Positions 50,116 through 60,030 of a DNA stretch of 64,000 nucleotides are shown one piece after another (within the stretch, counting starts at the first letter, position 1; the number at the start of each line of letters is the position of its first letter). Below the pieces are notes generated by a model. The model was given only the letters and a program-made list of their open reading frames with translations. It had not been told where the DNA came from and did not search any database. The translations under genes were made by a program, and so were the position numbers. The DNA comes from Clostridia bacterium (GTDB lineage Bacteria; Bacillota; DULZ01). The stretch covers positions 19,150 to 83,149 of the forward strand of contig DULZ01000022.1 in the NCBI GenBank assembly GCA_012840125.1, in the 5' to 3' direction.

Positions 50116-50256
50116 AGCGAGGGTCGTGCCCCTCGCTTTGCTTTTTCCTCAACCCTCCTGTGATGCATATTGGTGCCACGCCAGGGGAAGAATGATAAGG
50201 CTTTCCTCTATGACCATGTGATCAAAGGCGAGTATACAGGAGGGGTTGAGTCGTAT

Positions 50257-53200
50257 ATGGAACTCGTGCTTGGCTTCATCACTGCGGTGGTACTCATGCT
50301 GTTACGACGTGCCTGGGATAAGCCCGGGCCCTTAGGAGAGCTGAGAGACGTGCCGCTGGACCCGGAAAGGCTCAAGCGCCATGCGGCCGATGTGGCCAAA
50401 TCCCACGGTACCGAACCCCGCCTCAACACTGCCAGGATCCTGTTAAGACGCTTGGACGCCAACTACGACAGGATTTCGGCGGTTTATCAATACCTGCATG
50501 AAAAAGCCAACACCGGCCGGCAGATGTCGCCGGCCTCGGAATGGATCTTGGATAATTATTACCTGATCGAGGAACAGGCAAAGGCAGCCAGGCAGGAATT
50601 GAACCGGGAAAGATTGATCAAACTGCAGGTCCTGGACCGGGGCTACCTGAAAGGCTACCCTCGCATCTATGGCATCGCCCTGGAACTGCTCAGCCACACC
50701 GACGGGCGGCTGGAACAAAAGGATATTACCGGTTTTGTGGCCGCCTACCAGGAGCACCGGGTATTGACCCAAACGGAAATATGGTCTTTGCCCTTAATGC
50801 TCAAGGCGGCTTTACTGGAATATACCAGGTATTTGGCCGATAAGGTGTATGAGACGGAAAAGAAATGGGATGAAGCCCACCGCATTGCCCGTTTGCCGGA
50901 AGAAGAACGCATGCCCGCCGTGAAAGCGGTGCTGCAGGGCGCCCCGGCGAACCATCACGGCGCTTTCGTGATGGAGCTCTCAAGGCAGCTCCGGAGCCAA
51001 GAGAAAGAGGACCCCTTGGAGAATTTCCTGGCCCAGCACTTCCTGGATTTAGGCACTACCCTGGACCGGGTCATTGAGCAAGAGCACTACGAACAAGCCG
51101 CCAGGAAAGTGTCCATAGGCAACGCCATTATCAGTTTAAAAACCATTTCCCTGTTGGACTGGGAGACCATCACCGCCTCCCTGAACCGGGTGGAGCAGCT
51201 TCTCCTCCATGATCCGGGTCAGGTTTATGCCGGCATGGACCAGGCCTCCAAGGCCTATTATCGCCATCAAATCAGCCTGCTGGCCCGGAAGTTACGGATG
51301 CCCGAGACCCGCGTCGCCCGGGTGGCCGTGGGTTTGGCCAAGCAAGCCTCCGGTCAAGATCCCCGGACCACCCATGTGGGGTACTACCTGGTTGGGGAAG
51401 GCCGGGGACGGCTGGTGGCCGCCCTGCGCGGCCAGAATCCGGCGGCCGGGGGGCGGCAGATGTCGCCGGCCTGGTATACCGGGAGCATTGCCCTCGTCAC
51501 CGGCCTCCTCCTGGTGGCGGTGGGCCGGTATGCCTATGCCTGGGCCGGGGGAAGTTGGGCAGCGGCCCTGGTGGCGGTGGCGGTCGCCCTGCTGCCGGCC
51601 GGCGACGTGGCTGTTTTCCTGGTGAACCGGTTGGCCTGCCGCTTGGTGAAACCGGCCTTTCTCCCGAAACTGTCCCTGGCGGAGGGCATTCCCCCGGCAA
51701 TGGCCACCATGGTGGTCATTCCCAGTTTATTGCCCAGTGAAGAAAAAGTGACGGAACTGCTGGAGCGGCTTGAAACTTACTACCTGGCCAACCGGGAGGA
51801 CAACCTCTATTGCGCCCTGGCCGGGGATTTGAAGGATGCGGCGGAGCCCAGCTTGCCTGAAGACGAGAGGATCAGGGAAGCGGGGCTCAAAGGGGTGGAA
51901 AGGCTGAACCGGCTTTACGGCGGCGGGAAAGAGATTTTCTTTTACTGCCAGAGGGAACGGAGATTGTGTCCCACCCAAGGCCGCTATACGGGTTGGGAAC
52001 GGAAAAGGGGAGCCCTGGTGGAATTTAACCGGCTCCTTTTAGGCGCCGGGGATACTACTTATACTACGGTCTCGCCCGGTTTGGAGCAATTACAAGGGAA
52101 AATCAAATATGTCATTACCCTGGACGCCGACACCCGCTTGACCATGGATGCGGCCAAGAAGCTCATCGGCACCATGGCTCACCCGCTGCATCAACCGGCA
52201 GTGGACCGGGAGCGGGGGACGGTGGTTAAGGGTTACGGCTTGATCCAGCCGAGAATCGGCATCGGCATCGAAAGCGCCCATCAATCGGTGTTCACGCGCC
52301 TCTTTGCCGGCAGCGGCGGCATCGATCCTTATACCACCGCCGTCTCCGATGTCTATCAAGACCTGTTCGGTGAAGGAATTTTTACCGGCAAGGGCATTTA
52401 CGACCTGCAGGTGTTTCATCAACTGCTGGCTGATGCCATCCCGGACGGCTGCGTGTTAAGCCATGACTTGCTGGAAGGAAGCTATCTCAGAGCCGGCCTG
52501 GCGACGGATATTGAGCTCATCGACGGGTATCCGGGCAATTACGGCTCTTTCGCCGCCAGGCAGCACCGCTGGGTGCGGGGGGATTGGCAGCTCTTGCCCT
52601 GGCTGGGCAGGCGGGTGAAGAACCGGCAGGGCAGGGTGATTCCCAACCCCTTGTCCGGTTTATCTAAATGGAAGATCTTTGACAACCTGCGGCGGAGTAC
52701 GGTGCCCGTCGGGCAGTTAGTCCTGATTTTGCTGGGTTTCGGCTGGCTGCCCGGGCATCCCCTGTTCTGGCTCGGCCTGGCGCTGCTGCCCTATTTCATC
52801 TCACCCCTGGCCGGGCTGGTGGCGGGACTGTTCACTCTTAGGCCCGGGCGGGCCTGGCAGGATGTGCAAAATGCTTTCCTGCAAGGCTTAGTTTTAACGG
52901 CTTTCCTGCCCCACCAGGCCTGGCTGGCGGTGGATGCCGTCACCAGGACTCTCTACCGGGTGCTGGTTTCCCGCAAGTTTTTGCTGGAATGGGTGACAGC
53001 GGCCGAGGTGGAAAAATCCATGCGGAATGACCTGCCGGGTTATGTGCGCCGCATGAAGGCCGGGATCATCTTTGGGGTGGGCATCTTGGTTTTAGCGGCT
53101 GCGGCCCGCCCGGCTTACTTGGTTTATGCCGTGCCCCTCGGAGTCCTCTGGGCCTGCTCGCCCTGGCTGGGGTATCAAATCAGCCGGCCCCTGAAGCCGC

Positions 53201-56200
53201 CGCGAACCGTTTTGGCAGAGGAAGACATCAAACTGGTTCGCCGGTTGGCCCGGCGTACCTGGGCTTATTACGAGGATTTTGCCAATGAAGAAAATAACTA
53301 CTTGCCGCCGGACAATTACCAGTTGGACCCGCCCAACGGGTTGGCCCACCGCACTTCGCCCACCAACATCGGCTTCTTGCTGCTGTCGGTGGCGGCGGCC
53401 CGGGATTTTGGCTATATTACCACTTCCGATTTTGTGGACCGGGTAAGCAAGACCTTGTCCACCATCGATAAGCTGGAAACCTGGCGGGGCCACTTGTTCA
53501 ACTGGTATCACACCAAAACCCTGGAACCCCTGCGCCCCTTTTTTATCTCCACGGTGGACAGCGGCAACCTGGCCGGGTACCTGCTGGTGACGGCCAAGGC
53601 CGTGGAGGAGTATCTCCATAAACCTCTCTGGGGGCGGGAACTGTTCCAAGGACTCCGGGATACTTATGAACTGGCCTTTCCGGGAAGGGAATCCTTGGAG
53701 CCGGAATTTGCCGGTGAAACCGGGACCCCGTCGCCCTCTCACCTCCTGGACCGGCTCTTGAAACTAAAGGAAGAACTTCCCGCCGGGAAGCCCTGGCAGC
53801 AGAAATTCCATCACCAGGTGGACCTGTTCCGGCAGGAAGTAGAGAAACTGCTGCCCAACAGGGAAACGGTGGAGCTCTTATGGTCCGCCGGGCAGGAAGC
53901 TGCCGTGGATGAAGTAGCCGGAGCTTTAGCCCTATTGAACGCAGGAGCCGCTCCGGTGGAACTGGCGCAGGTTTATCACAGGCTGCTTGATCTCTTGCCC
54001 CGGCTGGAGTTGGAAGACCGGGAAGCCTGCGCCGGGGAACTGCGCCGGGTCCTCGCCAACACGGAGGGCCTCATCCGCCAGATGGAGAAAACGGCGGGGA
54101 GGCTTTATGAACTTTTTGCCCAGATGGATTTTCGTCCCTTGTATGACGACCGTCATGACCTCTTCGCCATCGGCTATGACAAAGAGGAGGAAAGACTCAC
54201 CAACTCCTACTATGACCTGCTGGCTTCCGAAGCCCGGCTTACCAGCTACCTGGCCATTTGCAAGGGAGAAGCGCCGCAAAAGCACTGGTTTAAACTGGGC
54301 AGAGCCTTATCCGAGGTGGAGGGTCGCCGGGGACTGGTCTCCTGGACCGGCACCATGTTTGAGTACTTGATGCCCAGCCTGGTGATGAAGCATTATCCCC
54401 ATACCTTGCTGGACCAGACCTACCAGACAGCTCTGCTGGCGCAGGAACTCTACGGGGAGAAAAGGCGGGTGCCCTGGGGCACTTCCGAGTCCGGTTACTA
54501 TGCTTTTGACCTGCAGCTGAATTACCAGTACAAGGCTTTCGGGGTACCGGATTTAGGGCTCAAAAGAGGACTCATTGAAGACATGGTGGTGTCCCCCTAT
54601 TCCACCATGCTGGCCTTGCCTTTTATTCCCCACAAAGCCCTGGCCAACCTGAGGCGATTACTGGCCGACGGGTTGGAAGGGGAATATGGGCTTTACGAAG
54701 CCGTCGATTACACCCCGGAAAGGCTGCCTGCCGGCGAGAAGCGGAAAATCGTCCTGAGCTTCATGGCCCATCACCAGGGCATGAGTTTGGTGGCCATGGA
54801 TAATCTCTTGCACGGGCAAATCATGCAGCGCCGTTTCCATGCCCATCCCCTGGTCAAAAGCGGCGAGATCCTCCTGGAAGAAAAGGTACCGGCCCGGGCC
54901 ATTATCACCAAGGATTATAAAGAAAAAGTGGAGCCCCTGGAGGAACAGCCCAAACCGGCGGCGCAGCCGGTCCGCACCTTCGAGCTGGAACCGCGCCGGC
55001 TTTTGCCCCGCTGTCACATCCTATCCAACGGCCGTTACTTTTTAATGATGACGGACCGGGGTCTGGGCTACAGCCGGCGGGAAGGAGTGCAGCTGACCCG
55101 CTGGCGAAGGGACAGTCTTTTAGGCGGGTACGGGTTCCATGTCTTTCTCAAATGCCTGCAGACCAACAAGGTCTGGTCCGCCGCTTATGAACCCTTGCGG
55201 GAGGAACCGGACAGCTACCAGGTCACCTTTGCCCTGGATAAAATCACTTTCACCCGGGTCGATGACCTGCTGACCACCCACACGGAAATCGTGGTGGCTC
55301 CGGAAGATGATGTGGAGATCCGCCGGATGACCGTTGCCAATAACAGCCGGGAAGATCTGGTCTTGGAAGTGACCAGCTACGGGGAACTGGTTTTGGGTGA
55401 CCACTTGGGGGATATAGCCCACCCGGCTTTTAGCAGCCTGTTCGTGAAGACGGAGGCGCTGCCGGAAGAAGCCATCCTTTTGGCTTCCCGCCGGCCGCGA
55501 GCTCAGGGGCAGCCCTCCCACTGGGCGTTCCATACCCTGGTGGTGGAAGGAGAGGTCCTGGGCCAGCTGCAGTACGAAACGAGCCGGGGCAACTTCCTGG
55601 GGCGCAACCGCACCGTCCACAATCCCCAGGCCCTAGAGAAGCCCCTCGGGGGCAGTACGGGTACGGTGCTGGATCCCATTTTCAGCCTGCGGCACCGGGT
55701 ACGGGTGCCGGCGGAAGGAGCCGTTACCATCACCTGGCTCTTCGGCTACGGGGAAAACCGGGAACAGGCGCTGGCATTAGCCCGCAAGTACCGGAAAGGG
55801 GAAATGCGCCTCAGGGCTTTTGAGATGGCCCAATCCCGGAGCCAGATCGAAGCCAATTTCCTGGCTTTAACGGCGGAAAGAATTGCTCTATACCAGGATT
55901 TGATTCCCTACTTTCTATTTCACAACCCCTTGCGGGTCAAACATGGGCATGAAATCGCCCAAAACCGGAAAGGCCAGCCGGCCCTTTGGGCGTACGGCAT
56001 CTCCGGGGATCATCCCCTGGTCCTGGTCACCGTCGCCACCCGGGAAGGCATCGGTCCGGTCCGGGAAATGTTGAAAGCCCATGAATACTGGCGCATGAAA
56101 GGGCTCACCGTGGACCTGGTGATCCTAAATGAAGATCAAAGCCAGTACTTCCAGCCCCTGCAGGAACTGCTGCAGGAGACGGTGGCCGTGGGGTATGCCA

Positions 56201-58857
56201 AGCACTGGTTGGACCGGCCGGGAGGAATTTTTCTCCGCCAGGCCCGGGTCATGCCCGGTGAGGACCGGCAGCTTCTGTACGCGGTGGCGGCGGTGGTCAT
56301 TGATGCCGGTAAACCCCTGGCCGCCCAGCTGCGGCTGCCCCAGCGGGAACTGCCTCCCAGGAAGCAGTTCGTGAAAGCCGCCCTTCCCTATGAAAAACAG
56401 GAGGAACCCCTGGACCTGCAGCTGTGGAACGGCTACGGGGGCTTCAGTCTTGACGGCAAGGAATACGTGATCCGGCTGCGGGAGGGTACCACCACCCCGG
56501 CACCCTGGATCAACGTCGTTGCTAACCCTGGTTTCGGTTTCCAGATCTCCGAAAGCGGGGCCGGGTTCACCTGGGCGGAAAACAGCCGGGAAAACAAGCT
56601 CACCCCCTGGTCCAATGATCCCGTTTCGGATCCGGTGGGGGAAGCAGTCTACCTGCGGGACGATGAGACCGGGGCGCAATGGAGCATCACGCCCCAGCCC
56701 CTGCGGGACGATGCCCCGTATACGGTCCATCACGGATTAGGCTACACCCGTTTCCATCATCACAGCCGGGGTCTGGATCAGGAGCAGATTATGTTCGTGC
56801 CCCTCCGGGATCCCGTAAAAATCACCCTGGTGCGTTTAACGAACCGGACCCCGGAACAACGGCAGCTCAGCTTGTACTATTATTTGCGGCCGGTGTTGGG
56901 GGTGACCGATGAGGTGACGGCACCCCATATTGTGACCGGCTATGATGAGGCGGAGCAGGTTATCTCCGTCCGCAACCCGTACAACACCGATTTCCCCCAG
57001 CGCATTGCTTTTGCGGCGGCATCGGAACCTATCGCTTCTTACACCGGAGACCGCTTAGAGTTTATCGGTCCCGGGGGCACCCTGGCGGCGCCGGAAGCCC
57101 TTACACGAGAGCACCTGTCCAACCGGGTGGGCGCCGGTTTGGATCCCTGTGTGGCGGTGCAGCTTCCAGTGCACCTCCAACCGGGAGAGCAGAAGGAGAT
57201 CGTCCTGTTGCTCGGGCAGGCGGGCACCTATGAGCAGGTGAAAGAAATTGTGGGCCGGTACAGGGACGTCCAGGCGGTGCAGCATGCGTTACAGGAAGTG
57301 CGGTCCTACTGGGAGACCACCCTGGGGGTTATTCAGATCAGGACTCCCGATCCTTCCATGGACCTGTTGATGAACTGCTGGCTCATGTACCAGAATATCG
57401 CCTGCCGCCTGTGGGCCCGTTCCGGCTTTTACCAGTGCGGCGGGGCCTACGGCTACCGGGACCAGCTGCAGGACAGCTTGAATGCCATCTATATCTCCCC
57501 GGAGTTGACCAAGAGGCAGTTGCTCTTGCATGCGGCCCATCAGTTTAAAGAAGGCGACGTGCTGCACTGGTGGCATCCTGGCGCCGGGGACCGGGGAGTC
57601 CGCACCCGGTTTACCGACGACCGGCTGTGGCTGCCCTATGTGCTCCTGGAATACCTGGAGCGCACCGGGGATTACGGCATCTTGCACTTGGAAGCCCCCT
57701 ATTTGGAAGGGGACGAACTGCCGCCGGGAGAGGACGAAAGATACTTCACGCCCCGCTTGTCCATGGAAACCGGCACCCTCTACGAACACTGCCTGCGGGC
57801 TATTGAGATCAGCTTGAAATTCGGCCGCCACGGGCTACCCCTGATAGGCTCCGGTGACTGGAACGACGGGATGAGCACCGTCGGCAACCGGGGGCAAGGG
57901 GAAAGCGTCTGGCTGGGCTGGTTTATCTATTATATCCTGAAGAAATTTGTACCCGTCTGCCGGCGGATGGAGGATGAAGAACGAGCCCGCCGGTATGAGG
58001 AAATAGCCTTCAAGCTGGGGGAAGCGCTGGAAAGAGAAGGATGGGACGGCGCCTGGTACCGGCGAGCCTACTTTGATGACGGTACACCTTTAGGTTCCGC
58101 CGTCAACAGTGAATGCTCCATAGACTCCCTGGCCCAGTCCTGGGCGGTGATTGCCGGAAACCGGCGGGTCGAACGGCGAGAGACCGCCATGGCGGCGGTG
58201 GAACAAAACCTGGTGGACCGGGATTTGGGCCTGATCAAGCTCTTCACCCCGCCCTTTGAAAACGGGGATCTGGAGCCCGGCTACATTAAAGGCTATGTGG
58301 CCGGGGTCAGGGAAAACGGCGGCCAGTACACCCATGCCGCCGCCTGGGTGATTAAGGCCTTCGCCATGCTGGGGCAGGGAGACAAAGCCGGGGAACTCTT
58401 TCACATGATCAACCCCATCAACCATGCCCGTACCCCCATCGAGTGTACGGTTTACAAGGTTGAGCCTTATGTGGTGGCGGCGGATGTGTACAGCGTCAGT
58501 CCCCAGGCCGGTCGGGGCGGCTGGACCTGGTATACCGGAGCCGCCGGGTGGATGTACCGGGTGGGGCTGGAAGACATCCTGGGCTTCCGGGTCCAGGGGG
58601 ACAAGCTGTTTCTCAATCCCTGCGTGCCCCGGAACTGGCCCGGTTTTGAAATCAACTACCGCTACGTCAACACGTGTTACCATATTGTGGTGGAAAACCC
58701 CCACGGGGTTAACGGCGGCGTGAAGGAAATCATCCTCGACGGGCAGCCGGTGACCGGCGGGGTGCCGCTGGTGAATGACGGGAAGACCCACCGGGTCCAA
58801 GTGGTGCTGGCGGGGTCCCGTGCTCCCGCCGGTGCGGGCGGAAAAAGCAAGAGTTAG
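50257..58857 (+). CDS. cyclic beta-1,2-glucan synthase (Cgs/NdvB/ChvB-like: GT84 glycosyltransferase plus GH94 phosphorylase-like domains)
   Basis: About 2866 aa. N-terminal TM region. GT84 motifs VITLDADTRL (DxD) and QHRWVRGDWQ. C-terminal GH94-like region with GSGDWNDGM. ATG with GGAGGGG RBS; the track starts at TTG 50170. Confidence 0.8.
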   Translation: MELVLGFITAVVLMLLRRAWDKPGPLGELRDVPLDPERLKRHAADVAKSHGTEPRLNTARILLRRLDANYDRISAVYQYLHEKANTGRQMSPASEWILDNYYLIEEQAKAARQELNRERLIKLQVLDRGYLKGYPRIYGIALELLSHTDGRLEQKDITGFVAAYQEHRVLTQTEIWSLPLMLKAALLEYTRYLADKVYETEKKWDEAHRIARLPEEERMPAVKAVLQGAPANHHGAFVMELSRQLRSQEKEDPLENFLAQHFLDLGTTLDRVIEQEHYEQAARKVSIGNAIISLKTISLLDWETITASLNRVEQLLLHDPGQVYAGMDQASKAYYRHQISLLARKLRMPETRVARVAVGLAKQASGQDPRTTHVGYYLVGEGRGRLVAALRGQNPAAGGRQMSPAWYTGSIALVTGLLLVAVGRYAYAWAGGSWAAALVAVAVALLPAGDVAVFLVNRLACRLVKPAFLPKLSLAEGIPPAMATMVVIPSLLPSEEKVTELLERLETYYLANREDNLYCALAGDLKDAAEPSLPEDERIREAGLKGVERLNRLYGGGKEIFFYCQRERRLCPTQGRYTGWERKRGALVEFNRLLLGAGDTTYTTVSPGLEQLQGKIKYVITLDADTRLTMDAAKKLIGTMAHPLHQPAVDRERGTVVKGYGLIQPRIGIGIESAHQSVFTRLFAGSGGIDPYTTAVSDVYQDLFGEGIFTGKGIYDLQVFHQLLADAIPDGCVLSHDLLEGSYLRAGLATDIELIDGYPGNYGSFAARQHRWVRGDWQLLPWLGRRVKNRQGRVIPNPLSGLSKWKIFDNLRRSTVPVGQLVLILLGFGWLPGHPLFWLGLALLPYFISPLAGLVAGLFTLRPGRAWQDVQNAFLQGLVLTAFLPHQAWLAVDAVTRTLYRVLVSRKFLLEWVTAAEVEKSMRNDLPGYVRRMKAGIIFGVGILVLAAAARPAYLVYAVPLGVLWACSPWLGYQISRPLKPPRTVLAEEDIKLVRRLARRTWAYYEDFANEENNYLPPDNYQLDPPNGLAHRTSPTNIGFLLLSVAAARDFGYITTSDFVDRVSKTLSTIDKLETWRGHLFNWYHTKTLEPLRPFFISTVDSGNLAGYLLVTAKAVEEYLHKPLWGRELFQGLRDTYELAFPGRESLEPEFAGETGTPSPSHLLDRLLKLKEELPAGKPWQQKFHHQVDLFRQEVEKLLPNRETVELLWSAGQEAAVDEVAGALALLNAGAAPVELAQVYHRLLDLLPRLELEDREACAGELRRVLANTEGLIRQMEKTAGRLYELFAQMDFRPLYDDRHDLFAIGYDKEEERLTNSYYDLLASEARLTSYLAICKGEAPQKHWFKLGRALSEVEGRRGLVSWTGTMFEYLMPSLVMKHYPHTLLDQTYQTALLAQELYGEKRRVPWGTSESGYYAFDLQLNYQYKAFGVPDLGLKRGLIEDMVVSPYSTMLALPFIPHKALANLRRLLADGLEGEYGLYEAVDYTPERLPAGEKRKIVLSFMAHHQGMSLVAMDNLLHGQIMQRRFHAHPLVKSGEILLEEKVPARAIITKDYKEKVEPLEEQPKPAAQPVRTFELEPRRLLPRCHILSNGRYFLMMTDRGLGYSRREGVQLTRWRRDSLLGGYGFHVFLKCLQTNKVWSAAYEPLREEPDSYQVTFALDKITFTRVDDLLTTHTEIVVAPEDDVEIRRMTVANNSREDLVLEVTSYGELVLGDHLGDIAHPAFSSLFVKTEALPEEAILLASRRPRAQGQPSHWAFHTLVVEGEVLGQLQYETSRGNFLGRNRTVHNPQALEKPLGGSTGTVLDPIFSLRHRVRVPAEGAVTITWLFGYGENREQALALARKYRKGEMRLRAFEMAQSRSQIEANFLALTAERIALYQDLIPYFLFHNPLRVKHGHEIAQNRKGQPALWAYGISGDHPLVLVTVATREGIGPVREMLKAHEYWRMKGLTVDLVILNEDQSQYFQPLQELLQETVAVGYAKHWLDRPGGIFLRQARVMPGEDRQLLYAVAAVVIDAGKPLAAQLRLPQRELPPRKQFVKAALPYEKQEEPLDLQLWNGYGGFSLDGKEYVIRLREGTTTPAPWINVVANPGFGFQISESGAGFTWAENSRENKLTPWSNDPVSDPVGEAVYLRDDETGAQWSITPQPLRDDAPYTVHHGLGYTRFHHHSRGLDQEQIMFVPLRDPVKITLVRLTNRTPEQRQLSLYYYLRPVLGVTDEVTAPHIVTGYDEAEQVISVRNPYNTDFPQRIAFAAASEPIASYTGDRLEFIGPGGTLAAPEALTREHLSNRVGAGLDPCVAVQLPVHLQPGEQKEIVLLLGQAGTYEQVKEIVGRYRDVQAVQHALQEVRSYWETTLGVIQIRTPDPSMDLLMNCWLMYQNIACRLWARSGFYQCGGAYGYRDQLQDSLNAIYISPELTKRQLLLHAAHQFKEGDVLHWWHPGAGDRGVRTRFTDDRLWLPYVLLEYLERTGDYGILHLEAPYLEGDELPPGEDERYFTPRLSMETGTLYEHCLRAIEISLKFGRHGLPLIGSGDWNDGMSTVGNRGQGESVWLGWFIYYILKKFVPVCRRMEDEERARRYEEIAFKLGEALEREGWDGAWYRRAYFDDGTPLGSAVNSECSIDSLAQSWAVIAGNRRVERRETAMAAVEQNLVDRDLGLIKLFTPPFENGDLEPGYIKGYVAGVRENGGQYTHAAAWVIKAFAMLGQGDKAGELFHMINPINHARTPIECTVYKVEPYVVAADVYSVSPQAGRGGWTWYTGAAGWMYRVGLEDILGFRVQGDKLFLNPCVPRNWPGFEINYRYVNTCYHIVVENPHGVNGGVKEIILDGQPVTGGVPLVNDGKTHRVQVVLAGSRAPAGAGGKSKS

Positions 58858-58864
58858 AATGTCC

Positions 58865-58905
58865 AAGGCCGGACTGTTTCCCGGGAAATAGTCCGGCCTT
58901 TCCTG
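58865..58905 (+). terminator. intrinsic terminator after the glucan synthase gene
   Basis: AAGGCCGGACT...AGTCCGGCCTT stem with a T-rich tail. Confidence 0.45.
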
Positions 58906-59074
58906 TTACCTCCCTTAAATATTGAAGGAAAAATAAAAATTTCTTTAAAAAGTTGTGAACATGAAGGGTAAATAATAATTAGCGCGAAAAAACCATTAAT
59001 GTGTCGTAAAGAAATTATTGATAATAATAATTATTATTGATAAAATATATCGTGGAAAGGAGGTCCTGGTACCG

Positions 59075-59503
59075 GTGTCCAAAGGGATTGATTACGAAGG
59101 TTTGATTGGAGAAATTGAAAAATGCTGCCTGCAATGTGACGAATGTGAGCATGACGGGTGCCTGATCGGGTATTGCAAGAAGAATTTAATGACCGCCTTG
59201 AAGAACAACGATGATTTCATTCCTAACGGTTTGACCGGTCTTCCCTACGGGGATGTTAAAGTATACCAGGAGCAGAGCATCATCGACTTTGTGGGTTTCT
59301 TGTTAAACCAGTGCCGCAACTGCCATGTCTACCATGATGAGGACTGCATCGTCAACATCGTCCGGTCGGCCCTGGAAGTGATTTTGGTCGGGGAGCCCCA
59401 GGAATACGGGGGCAGCAACGTCAAGTACTTAAGTGAACTGCAGAACGTCAATCCCGAATTGGCGGCCAAAGTGCTGAAGGCATTTCAAGACAAAAAGAAA
59501 TAA
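59075..59503 (+). CDS. Cys-rich hypothetical protein
   Basis: GTG start with GGAAAGGAGG RBS. Motifs [13 protein letters not shown]...YC and [12 protein letters not shown]. Preceded by very AT-rich Fur/PerR-box-like repeats. Confidence 0.5.
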   Translation: MSKGIDYEGLIGEIEKCCLQCDECEHDGCLIGYCKKNLMTALKNNDDFIPNGLTGLPYGDVKVYQEQSIIDFVGFLLNQCRNCHVYHDEDCIVNIVRSALEVILVGEPQEYGGSNVKYLSELQNVNPELAAKVLKAFQDKKK

Positions 59504-59531
59504 AAAAGGAACAAACAAGGGGGTTATTTGG

Positions 59532-59963
59532 ATGGAGAAAAGAGAATTGACGGTGGAAAACGTCACCGGTGAAACCAAGGGCACGGAGCTGGAAAGGGTG
59601 GTCAAGCAAAACTTTACCGGTGAAACCACTGAAGCCGGTCTGTACCTGGCCATGGCCAGGCTGGCCCAGCGGGAAGGCTATCCCGAAATCGCCGAAGTGC
59701 TAAAAACCATTGCTTGGGAAGAAGCAGAGCATGCGGCCCGCTTTGCCGAGTTGAACGGCATGATTCAAGATAACCTGTGGGAGAATCTAAAAGAAATGCT
59801 CGAGGGGGAAACCTTTGCCAATAAAGGGAAAAAAGAAGCCGCCGACAAAGCGGCGGCTCTGGGATTGGAAACGGCCCGGGACTATTTCAATGAATCCGCT
59901 AAAGATGAAGCACGGCATGCCCGGATGCTGGAGGGCATCTTGAACCGGTATTACCGCGGCTAG
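59532..59963 (+). CDS. rubrerythrin/ferritin-like diiron protein (no rubredoxin domain)
   Basis: Two E...ExxH pairs (EAG...EEAEHAARF, and EGE...DEARHARML). Confidence 0.65.
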   Translation: MEKRELTVENVTGETKGTELERVVKQNFTGETTEAGLYLAMARLAQREGYPEIAEVLKTIAWEEAEHAARFAELNGMIQDNLWENLKEMLEGETFANKGKKEAADKAAALGLETARDYFNESAKDEARHARMLEGILNRYYRG

Positions 59964-59983
59964 TTGAGCCGGCACCGAAAAAC

Positions 59984-60013
59984 TGAGCCCGCCATGAGGT
60001 GGGCTTTTTTTTG
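59984..60013 (+). terminator. intrinsic terminator
   Basis: AGCCCGCC atga GGTGGGCT followed by TTTTTTT. Confidence 0.65.
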
Positions 60014-60030
60014 TCAAGAAGGTGGCTGGT

